A stretch of DNA of 44,237 nt from the NCBI GenBank assembly GCA_900128395.1, contig LT649293.1, positions 1-44,237 on the forward strand, given 5' to 3'. The stretch's first letter is position 1. Each line of letters opens with the position of its first letter. Below are positions 31,952-41,821 of this stretch, one piece after another. Source of the DNA: Stramenopiles sp. TOSAG23-2. Its lineage: Eukaryota. The notes under the pieces are model-generated. The model saw only the letters and a list, made by a program, of their open reading frames with translations. It was not told the origin of the DNA and searched no databases. Position numbers and translations under genes: made by a program.

Positions 31952-32554
31952 ATGGAATACTTTGAAGGCGAATTTGATAAAAATATTGTTGAAAGTAAAA
32001 ATATTATACAACAAATTAAAATGGAAAGAAAAACTAAGAAGAATAATGTACAAAATAATGTAATTAACAAACCTGACAAACTAAAAATATTGAAAACTAA
32101 ATTGAAGAACGCAAAAAAATATTTACGATACTATAAGAAAGAGACACTGTTGATGTTTCCCAATTTCAAGGAAAAAGAACAAATTATGAAAATGAAAGCA
32201 GCACTATCATCATTACAAAATGAATTAAAATGGTGTCAATTATTTTCTTTTGAAGAAAAAGCAGAAGATGATGAGGAAAAAACTGATGATATTTCTAGGT
32301 CCCTTCTTTTTCTTCAACATATCGAAAAAGTTCAACGAGATGATAAGGAAAGATTGCAGCAAGCTTTTGAAAACGCACAGCAAATGTTGGAAATAGGCCC
32401 AGAAATAATTGAAACAATTAAAGACAATAATAATAAATTGGAACGTATAAACGCAAAAGTAGATTTAATTGACAATGATGTAGAACGTGGTAAAAAAATC
32501 ACGCGAGTATTAAGAATACGTAATACTGCAATAGGATTTATTTGCTGTTGGTAA
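31952..32554 (+). CDS. SNARE paralogue of 30360-31130 lacking the TM helix, ending in CCW
   Basis: Colinear similarity to the neighbour: ELKWCQ/DFKWAK, HIEKVQRDDKERL/HMLKVQNQDKDLL, LERINAK...DVERGKKI/LQRINKK...DIRRAGKI. Confidence 0.75.
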   Translation: MEYFEGEFDKNIVESKNIIQQIKMERKTKKNNVQNNVINKPDKLKILKTKLKNAKKYLRYYKKETLLMFPNFKEKEQIMKMKAALSSLQNELKWCQLFSFEEKAEDDEEKTDDISRSLLFLQHIEKVQRDDKERLQQAFENAQQMLEIGPEIIETIKDNNNKLERINAKVDLIDNDVERGKKITRVLRIRNTAIGFICCW

Positions 32555-33026
32555 AGATGTCAGTAAAATATGACATTTGATGTAATCACATATATATTAC
32601 GAGTATATATGCATAGACTATATATATAAAATATTCACATAGATTTATTTGCTGTTGGTAAAGATGTCAGTAAAATATGACATTTGATGTAATCACGATA
32701 TATATTATATATGCATAATCACATATATATTTTTATATATGCATAGACTAGATAAAATATTCACATACACTCTCTGCTGTACGAAGTATATGTGTAATTG
32801 TATCTCTAGCTTATCATAATATTTTTATATATTACGCGTTATAAGATTTATTTGCTGTTGGTAAAGATGTCAGTAAAATATGACATTTGATGTAATCACA
32901 TATATATTACGAGTATATATGCATAGACTATATATATAAAATATTCACATACACTCTCTGCTGTACGAAGTATGTGTAATTGTATCTCTAGCTTATCATA
33001 ATATTTTTATATATTACGCGTTATAA
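32535..33026 (+). repeat. Compound tandem repeat in the convergent spacer
   Basis: A ~55-bp unit GATTTATTTGCTGTTGGTAAAGATG...AATCAC at 32535, 32642 and 32845. A second ~78-bp module at about 32766 and 32950. Confidence 0.93.
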
Positions 33027-33090
33027 AAAAATGTAAAGCGCCGCGCCTTATTTTGCCCATCTCCTCACACTCTCTCTCTCCCCCTCGTTT

Positions 33091-35747
33091 TTACAAAGAT
33101 CCATTTCTTATTGCTCTTTCATACGTTTCCCTGACGTTTGATACAGGATCATCTTTTAACTTTGTTAATGTTTCTCTACATAAAGTTTCAAAAACATCTT
33201 TTTTGACCATTTCCCGTTTCAATATTACACATACTTCAACAAAAAGCAAGCGTAAATGATAAGTTTCAGCCTTGCCAAGCTCATTCACCAATCTTTCTAT
33301 AAATGTATCTCTCCAATCAAATTCACCATCTAAACGATTTGCAATGGTACCAACGCATAAGGCACCTGCCCTTCTAACATTTGCAACAGGATCGTTCAAC
33401 ATTTTAAAAGTTAACGACTGTATCACACTAACAGTTGCTGGTGGACTGAATAGTGTACCAAATGTACCTAATTGATTCGCTAACAATAAACGAAATCGCC
33501 TGCCCTTCTAACATTTGCAACAGGATCGTTCAACATTTTAAAAGTTAACGACTGTATCACACTAACAGTTGCTGGTGGACTGAATAGTGTACCAAATGTA
33601 CCTAATTGATTCGCTAACAATAAACGAAATCGCCAATTTCGACGACCTACCCCTTCTAAAATTTCACTCATAACAACTAAAAAGCTTTCACGGCATGGAT
33701 TATCCAATGCTTGTAAAAACGTTGCTAAATTTTCCACGACTCCAACACGCACCTCATCTACATCGTGAAGCAGGGTATCAAATGCATTTAAAAGCTCTTT
33801 TTCAGATTTAACAGGTCCTAATATTTGCGCTAAACGATGCAATGAATATGCCAATGTACGCCTCACACGTTGTTGTGGGTTCTCCACTAAAGTTAAAAAC
33901 ACATGGCGTAATGATTTTTCCCATTTATCAGGGCCTAGAACATATGCCACTCCCGGCAACGAATAAGCGCAAAACATGGCTAAATCATCCGGGTCAGGAT
34001 GCGGATCACTAGTAGACGCCGAGCCTTCAAACTCCATGCTGCTGCTACGTTGTCTATTATAAAATTCATTGCCATCACTAGTACTTCCAGCGTTACTTGA
34101 GCCATCACGGCCGTTGCCAAATTCTAGTTTATGATTATCTGCTTTCCGAAAATTGCCTAATGTAGGCAACATACGTTCCAATGGCGGTGACATGCGATCG
34201 CTGCTATCTGGGTACGCCATGCTTTGGTACACAGACAGTAAATTTTCATCTATTATGTTGGCATTTCTTTTATTTGATCTATTCTGATGGTGGGATAAAG
34301 GCGATAAACTTTTTATAATAGTTTCATTTTTTATATTTACATTTTCTGGTTTTTGTTGTTGTTGCTCGTTTTTACTATCTGATTCATTTTTCTTTTTCTT
34401 GTTCTCATTGTTACTACTAGTATCATTATTGTTTTTATTCTTTGGAGATTTACTTGGAGATTTTGAAGATTTGCTTGTCCTACTAGAATCAGTCTCTTTT
34501 CCATTTACTATGATAATTTCTTTTGTATTGAATTCAATTGATGTTATTGTTCCATTTTCATATCCAATAGTCATCCCTTCACATCCACCACCCATAACGG
34601 TTAAAAATTGACCTAAATATTGAAATGCAGTATTTCGTACCCATTTGGATGGATCCGACGTAACAAATCGGCGATAGACTTTCGTTAATGTCTGCTTTCG
34701 TTTGCCAATCAAGTTTTGACTTATTCGCAATTCTTCCGGTAAAACTTGAGCGATTTGCCACAAACTCTCCGCACAAGCTTTTCTTACACCCCATATTTCA
34801 TCCTCAGTTAAATTGAAAAAAGCGGGTAATAATCTTTCCGTAATATCTTCATGGCTTGATGTGCGAAATATATTTGCAATGTGCCTAGCGACGGCCATGC
34901 GGACACGAAACGAACCATCTTCTGCTAAATTTTGGACGGTCGGAGTAATAAATTGACCACATACTTCCTCCTTGCATAAAATCGGCGATAGCATATTTAA
35001 CAATTCAGCACCGGTTATTCTTAATTCCTCAACAGTGTCATTTCCAGCTAACTGAATGACAATAGTTAAGATATGGCTGGCTAAATCATCTAATTCCAAC
35101 AATGATGCAACCGATACAAGCGCTTCCGATGCAGCGGAACGAACCTCCACCGATACTGTATCCGCTAATAGCTTTGCTATAACTGGTAAAATATCATGCA
35201 AAACACATTGGTATCCTTTGATATATATTTCCTTTTCTTCTTCAACTTCGGTTCCATATTTATTATTAATATTATTATTATTATTTATATCCTCATTAGA
35301 TATCATTTGATCATCTTTCGAAACTACACAACAAGCTTCTGATATATCATACAATTGAAAGGCTAGATCCCGTCTTATTACTGCTTCAACGTCTACGGAC
35401 AATTCAGTTAATAATGGCACTAGACGTTCAATACTTGCTTCACTACCAGCAATTTTTGCTGTTTCACCTAACATTCTGACATGTACAGAACGTTGTAAAG
35501 CCATTTGTGCCGTTGAATATTTCACTACCCGCTCTAAAATGGGCAATGTATCATCAATTAATAAATCATCTGACGTAATAGGCTGCGATGGCGCTCTTTC
35601 TTGACGTGGAGTAGTATCTCTGGTATTCCTTGCGATAATATTATTCACTGCATCAATATCATTATCACCATTATTATTATTATTATTTGGGGGTGGAGAA
35701 AATACTTCATTTCCATTTGCAGACGCATTATTGGCCAGGGAAGCCAT
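33091..35747 (-). CDS. PPP4R1: Protein phosphatase 4 regulatory subunit 1-like HEAT-repeat protein, frameshifted by a 134-bp duplication
   Basis: Motifs IWGVRKACAE, DPSKWVR, CAYSLPGVA, VRRTLAYSLH, DEVRVGV and RNWRFR. Removing one 134-bp copy gives an 840-aa ORF from ATG 35747. Confidence 0.85.
33365..33634. repeat. Tandem duplication, 2 x 134 bp (frameshifting)
   Basis: Units start at 33365 and 33499; the peptide LANQLGTF...VRRAG appears in both ORFs. Confidence 0.97.
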
Positions 35748-36088
35748 ATTGTAAAGGCTTTGGTAAAAATATACGCCAAATGTATAAAAATATGGTTTTG
35801 TTATGTAATTATATATTTGTATTATATGCACTATGTATTATATATAATACATGTATGAATATATATTTCTTCTTTCTTTCTCTTTCTTCTTTTGGATAGG
35901 TATATCATATGTAATGTTGCTATATAATAATAAAATACATCATTCATTATACAGACACGTATAAAAGTCTCTATGTATGTATATATATATATATATATGA
36001 TCTATAATACATACAATACGATATAACAATATTTAAATTAAATTATAAGTAAAAAAAGTAGTAAGTGAAAAAGAAAAAAAAACAAAAC

Positions 36089-37915
36089 ATGGCATCGCTT
36101 GTCAATGAAAATGCAAAGGAAATGGAAGTAGAAGATGAAGTAGACGAAGAGTCATCCTCTGGTGAAGAAGAGGAAGAGTCAGAAGAAGAAGAGTCAGAAG
36201 AGGAGGAGGAAGAAGAAGAAGATGATGATGATGATGACTCAGAGGAGGAAGACGGCGATGATGATGATGATGAAAAAACTACCGAAAATGCTGAGAAAAA
36301 AGGTGATGGCGAGACCCCAGATGGTAATGCTCAGGAGGATAAACAAGAAAAAGAAATTGTAATTAAATTTCCGCCACCAAGTACCAAGTTAAATAAAGTT
36401 GGTGACTTAGTATATTGTCAATATGGAAATGATATCTTTAAATCAAAAATATTAAAAGTTGAAACTCGTCCAATGAGACGAAATGAACCCGCATGTAAAG
36501 CATACTTTGTTCATTATCAAGGGTGGTCGAAAAGGTTTGACGCTTGGGTGGAAGAACAGTACGTATATGATTTTACGGATGAAAATACAGAAATGAAGAA
36601 ACAAATTATCCAAGCAGTTAAAGATTTAAAAAAACGTGAAAAAGAAAAAGAAGCAGAGCAAGATATGATATACGAAGATTTAGTAATGGCCAATAGTAGT
36701 TTTAAAAAAGGCAAGAAACGAAAACTTGCGCTTTTAAAACGCTTAAAGCGCCCCAAGAAAGCGCCAAAAAAAGCAATGAGTGAAGACGTGAAAAAGGCAA
36801 GATCGTTTAATCGAAAAGTAAGATTTAATTCAAGGAAGGAAATGGATTTAACTGAATATGTCGAAACATTTAATTTGACTTTATCATTAGGTTTGAAAAA
36901 ACGAGCGGTGCAAGATTGGGAAATGATGGCATTGGATAAGCGTTTAATGATCTTGCCCCGTAAACCATCTGTACGTGATATATTGAATGATTATCTTGAA
37001 TTGAAGCGTAACCAACTAGGAAAAATCAGTGGTAAAACTGGAAATATTAGCGTTGAAAAAAAAAAAGATAGTACACCACAGGGATCTAGTAATATTAAAA
37101 GTAATGGTGCGATGATGATGATGATGGATGGTGGTGGTGGTGGTGGTGGTGGTGGTGGCAACGGTAGTACCAATAATAACAATATAAAAAATAATGATGA
37201 CAGCACTACTACTACTACTACTAGTACTACAATCAATACGACCACAACCAGCACCAAGACGACAACAACCAGTACCAATACCACGACTGTAACAAACAAA
37301 ACAGACAATATACTTGAAGATATGAATAATAATGACGAGAAAAAAGATGATCCAATGCAAGTATATCGTGAATTAATTAATGGTATCGAACAATTGTTTA
37401 ATCGTGCATTGGGAAAAAATTTATTATATCGTATCGAACGGAAACAATATGATGATTATATGTATGAAAACCCAAATGTATTGCCCGCTGATATATATGG
37501 AGTTGAACATCTATTGCGATTGTTTATTAAATTACCGATGTTTTTATCAATGTGCAATGATATGAATGATGAGGAAGATAGTGCAAAAAAGATACAAGCA
37601 TATTTACAAAGTTTTATACAATTTTTAGGTAGCACTAGTAGCAATAAATATTTTGGCACTGTTTATGAAAAGCCAGACGAGGAATATTTAAAAGTATTTT
37701 CAACTCAGCCTGTAATGGCTGCAAGCGATATTACAGCAGGTACAGCAACAACAATAAATGATGGAAAGGAGACAAATGGTTCTGATACTAGTATTAACAA
37801 AAATGCTGGAATTAGTAAATCTAGACGTACGAAAGAGGAAGAGATGAAATTGATGGATAAATTGTTGTCAGCCCCACCACCACAAAAGAAAGCTAAGAAA
37901 AACAACAATCATTAA
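36089..37915 (+). CDS. EAF3: MRG15/Eaf3 family chromatin protein (chromo-barrel + MRG domain)
   Basis: Chromo-barrel YFVHYQGWSKRFDAWV. MRG domain LPRKPSVRDIL, LLYRIERKQY, IYGVEHLLRLFIKLP. Acidic N-terminus; ATG at 36089. Confidence 0.92.
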   Translation: MASLVNENAKEMEVEDEVDEESSSGEEEEESEEEESEEEEEEEEDDDDDDSEEEDGDDDDDEKTTENAEKKGDGETPDGNAQEDKQEKEIVIKFPPPSTKLNKVGDLVYCQYGNDIFKSKILKVETRPMRRNEPACKAYFVHYQGWSKRFDAWVEEQYVYDFTDENTEMKKQIIQAVKDLKKREKEKEAEQDMIYEDLVMANSSFKKGKKRKLALLKRLKRPKKAPKKAMSEDVKKARSFNRKVRFNSRKEMDLTEYVETFNLTLSLGLKKRAVQDWEMMALDKRLMILPRKPSVRDILNDYLELKRNQLGKISGKTGNISVEKKKDSTPQGSSNIKSNGAMMMMMDGGGGGGGGGGNGSTNNNNIKNNDDSTTTTTTSTTINTTTTSTKTTTTSTNTTTVTNKTDNILEDMNNNDEKKDDPMQVYRELINGIEQLFNRALGKNLLYRIERKQYDDYMYENPNVLPADIYGVEHLLRLFIKLPMFLSMCNDMNDEEDSAKKIQAYLQSFIQFLGSTSSNKYFGTVYEKPDEEYLKVFSTQPVMAASDITAGTATTINDGKETNGSDTSINKNAGISKSRRTKEEEMKLMDKLLSAPPPQKKAKKNNNH

Positions 37916-38169
37916 AATATGTTTCGTAGTTCATACTGAGTCGTATGGCTTTCGTATGATATATATCAATTAAATCAAAAATTATATGATACGACACGCA
38001 TGTATATATATATTATGAAATTAAATATGATATTTATATATAACCTATGATGTCCGTTTTCCATCAGCTATTATGAGTAGTTGATACTATCTATTTACCT
38101 TCAATTGGTATTTTCGATTATGAGAATATCAACACACTAGTGTGAGATACGTAGATTATTTCAGTTATT

Positions 38170-38235
38170 TTATTCTTTTGAAGAGTAGGAATTATCATGT
38201 GAGTAAATTAAAAATAAATTATGCGTGTAAATTAA
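38170..38235 (+). repeat. Dispersed ~62-66 bp repeat, inverted copy of 52-113
   Basis: Equals the reverse complement of 52-113 apart from two GT insertions. Confidence 0.9.
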
Positions 38236-38407
38236 TAATATAACCATCATATGTATAATAGCATTTATATATTAATAAGAGAATTATTTTATGCCTATAT
38301 ATTTTATACTTAACACTACTAAGGCCTATTGCATGCTAAAAATACTATCTATGAGCTATATGTATCTCATATATATGATATATGTGCATATATATATATA
38401 TGATTTT

Positions 38408-40097
38408 TTAAATAGTCACGCTTTGGCGGTCATCATATTTAATGACATAACGCCCATTTTGGCCATCATCATTTTTATTTATAGATTGACTCATTATGTA
38501 CTTCATCGCCATATCACTTGCTATACCACTTACTATTCTAATTGTTGAGGGCCATCTTATTCGTGGCACTTTCTTGCTGTCTTTGTGGGAAGTATTATTC
38601 TCATCATTTTGATCGACATCGTTTGTATTATTATTATTATTATTATTATCATTTTCTTCTTCCTCCTCCTCGTTTTTATTCTTGCTGTCTTTGTGGGAAG
38701 TATTATTCTCATCATTTTGATCGACATCGTTTGTATTATTATTATTATTATTATTATCATTTTCTTCTTCCTCCTCCTCGTTTTTATTATTTCTTTGACT
38801 GACATATTGGGGCTTTCTAAACTTTACCATTCCGCTACGTCCATTTTTATTTAAATGTATTAATATTAAAGGTATTTCTAATTTATCGGAAAGGGAATAT
38901 AGCTGTTCACGAATTTCATTAGAATGTATCGTGCAGATGATTATATTTGGTGGCCGACGTTTTTTTCGCACTGAATTAATACGACTAGAAAATATGTTTT
39001 GTCTTTCATTGTACAAATTATCATTAAATTGATTTACATAATTATCTTCCTCCTTGATAAACAAATTATAATGTTCTTCCTGTTCCACCATCATAAGATA
39101 CTTTTGAAATTTATTAAAACCGATATTATTACTTAAATCTACATTGCATGGACGTATTGATATATGTTGATTGCTTTCATTTTCCATTTTCATATTATAG
39201 TAATTTAATGATTCTAATTCTTTCGTTACTGCTATTGCGCGATTGTAATTTAAAAATATTGGAGAAAACTGATGATGGAGAACATCCGTTGAATTAACAT
39301 TTTGTTTATCAACAAGTAACAAGTCTTCCACACCCATGCGAGTAAATATATCTGCAACAATTTTTCCAACAGCACCGGTGCCTAAAACGACAACATATGA
39401 TTGAAATATAGTTTGTAATTTATTTCTATCAATTTCATATTGTTCATTTATTTCCTTCATTGTCATATTTAAACTATTTCGTTTTGTTATTGTAATTGAT
39501 TCGAATAATTTACTATATTGTTTTGAATCTTTTTTTGGAATAATTTTCTTTTTCTCAGCAGCATCTTTATTTTCTACATTAGCACTATCATTTTCTACAA
39601 TATTGCCGCCTTTAAAATTTTCCTTTAAATTTTCACGTGCTTTTATTTGTTCCTCTGCGAAAATAAATGCATCCGCAACACGATCTGAATATATTTTCAA
39701 CTTTTTTATTTGTATTACAACTTTCCGTAACGCAATACTAGCTAAACAATTACCATGCATTACAGAGCGATCTGGTGCTGTCTCCCCTAACTTGATAATT
39801 TCACCATGCAGTTCCTCTTCATCTTTTATATGCAACAATTTCATAAATGGGTCAAACATCTCAGCGACACGTCGATTTTCTTCCTTATCAAAATCGAGCT
39901 TTTTTTCATGTGCAACGTCAATTGATAGTTGTAACTTACGCACCAGCAACACGTCGATTTTCTTCCTTATCAAAATCGAGCTTTTTTTCATGTGCAACGT
40001 CAATTGATAGTTGTAACTTACGCACAGTTTGGATTAAAGAACGAATGGTGGTTGCATAATCGTTTCCTTCATTACCATTGTTATTATTATTATACAT
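38408..40097 (-). CDS. Protein with degenerate ThiF/UBA5-like Rossmann domain; 5' end frameshifted by an 82-bp duplication
   Basis: VVVLGTGAVGKIVADIFTRMGVEDLLLVD. Removing one 82-bp copy gives a 535-aa ORF starting MYNNNNNGNEG at 40097. Confidence 0.75.
38571..38788. repeat. In-frame tandem duplication, 2 x 108 bp
   Basis: Units start at 38571 and 38679. Confidence 0.95.
39862..40025. repeat. Tandem duplication, 2 x 82 bp (frameshifting)
   Basis: Units start at 39862 and 39944, one mismatch. Confidence 0.95.
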
Positions 40098-40477
40098 GAT
40101 ATTATAAAGCGATTGGCGGGATTTCTCTGTTTCTTCTTATTTGATATCGTGATTAAGTTTATATATGGAACTCTTTTTACACCAGAAACAATATGTTTTA
40201 CTACAGTGCCGCGTGTAATTATTCTGTTGTTGATAAATGTGTATATGTAAGTAATAACAACAATATAAATATTATAAATATATCATATAGCTGGATATTA
40301 TAGCTAATAATATAAGAAGAAGAAAGACTGCTGTTGATATTTTCCTGTACTGTAGTATAAATTTTAATGCTGTGGTCTCGCTGGGTGTGGTGTGCTGCTA
40401 TTAATATTGTATGTTAAGTTTCTTTAATAAATTTTCGTATCCGGCGACACTTTTTTGAAGGGGTTATTCTATCGTAG

Positions 40478-40836
40478 ATAATAATTTTCAACAAGACGAT
40501 ATAATAACAGTCAAAGTTGAGAAACAATTATTGACGATTGAAAATGGAAAAATTAAAGATGATTATGAGCATGACCATCGTCAAAATAATACCTTTGAAA
40601 ACGAAGAAAAAAGAAAGAAGAAAATGAGGAAATCAATCAAACATAAACAAGCAACAAATAAAAGTATTGTTGATAAAAAAATGAAATTGTACAAGAAGAA
40701 CCAATATAAATATGTAAAAAAACTAGCTAATTCTGGATTAAGACTAGTAGCTTGGGGAACACAAGCTGATGTTATTGAAGATAATGGAACAATGCTTTAT
40801 GAGGAAGCCAGGGATATTTATTTAAAATCATTGTAA
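40478..40836 (+). CDS. Probable exon of a small hypothetical gene
   Basis: Protein-like open frame 40459-40836 with no early ATG; TAG acceptor-like site ending at 40477. Confidence 0.45.
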
Positions 40837-40846
40837 AGAAACATAT

Positions 40847-40849
<3 letters not shown>

Positions 40850-40880
<31 letters not shown>
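40850..40880. repeat. (GT)n microsatellite
   Basis: Dinucleotide run. Confidence 0.9.
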
Positions 40881-41060
40881 TTTGTGTTAGTGTGTGAGAT
40901 ACGGTATAGATATTATATAATGCCTCACAGATATTTTGTATTTCTCTTTTGATGAAGAGAGAATATAAGAATTTAGCAACTAAATTTTATACGCGTAATA
41001 TATAATATTGTGTGTTGTAAATTTTAAAATTTAAATATATATATAATACGTCGTCTGTAG

Positions 41061-41260
41061 ATGATGTCTCCAGTACCGTTGAGTCGATTACTGATGGCTC
41101 CAATCTGAAGAAGCGAAATTTACCCACTAATGGCACTTCGGGTTCAGAAAGTATAGCATCGCGAGTTAAAATGCTACGACGTCCAATCAACAAGAAACAA
41201 AAACAATCACGACCTCCAGGCACAGCTCTTGCTTCCGCTGGATCTAAACAATATGAGTAA
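41061..41260 (+). CDS. Possible terminal exon (DVSSTVES...KQYE*)
   Basis: GC-richer open frame directly after CTGTAG, ending TAA at 41260, with no ATG at its start. Confidence 0.4.
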
Positions 41261-41821
41261 TTCTTTCACAGGTCTTTCCGGTTTAGTTATATCTCTCATT
41301 TAATTATTATTTCTGGTAATTACATACATATATATATACAGTATGAGTAAATAAAATCTTTAAATTATAAATAAGAGAATTTTTTATATATAATATGATG
41401 TATATATATTCTTATTAAATGATTATCTCACGCACATTACATTGTAACACTTTTTTTTTTATCTCTCTCTGCTCTATATATATTATATACTTCGTACTCA
41501 AATAAAATATATGACATATAATTATATATTATATGTTGACTTATATGTGACTTAGATTTTAACCATCATTACTTACTCGTATTATATGTTGATATATACA
41601 TATATATATATATATATATACACGAGTAGGGAATACGTGTACTTTATTATAAAATTATTATATTTTATATGAACGCGTATAAAAATGTACGTGCAGAAAT
41701 AGTGAGTATTTTATGTAATATACATCATGTTGTATTTCATGTATATTACATATATACATGTATATATATATATACATGTATATATAATAATATATATAAA
41801 TAACTTCTTCTCCTCCTCTTT

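Noticed and set aside
36991-37360. Hydrophobic antisense ORFs here and at 38542-38854
   Set aside because: Shadows of trinucleotide repeats (poly-Thr/Gly/Asn) in real genes.
40987-41223. 78-aa minus-strand ORF
   Set aside because: Non-ATG start; the plus-strand frame looks more like the coding one.
41740-41800. AT-rich palindromes
   Set aside because: A by-product of (TA)n microsatellites.
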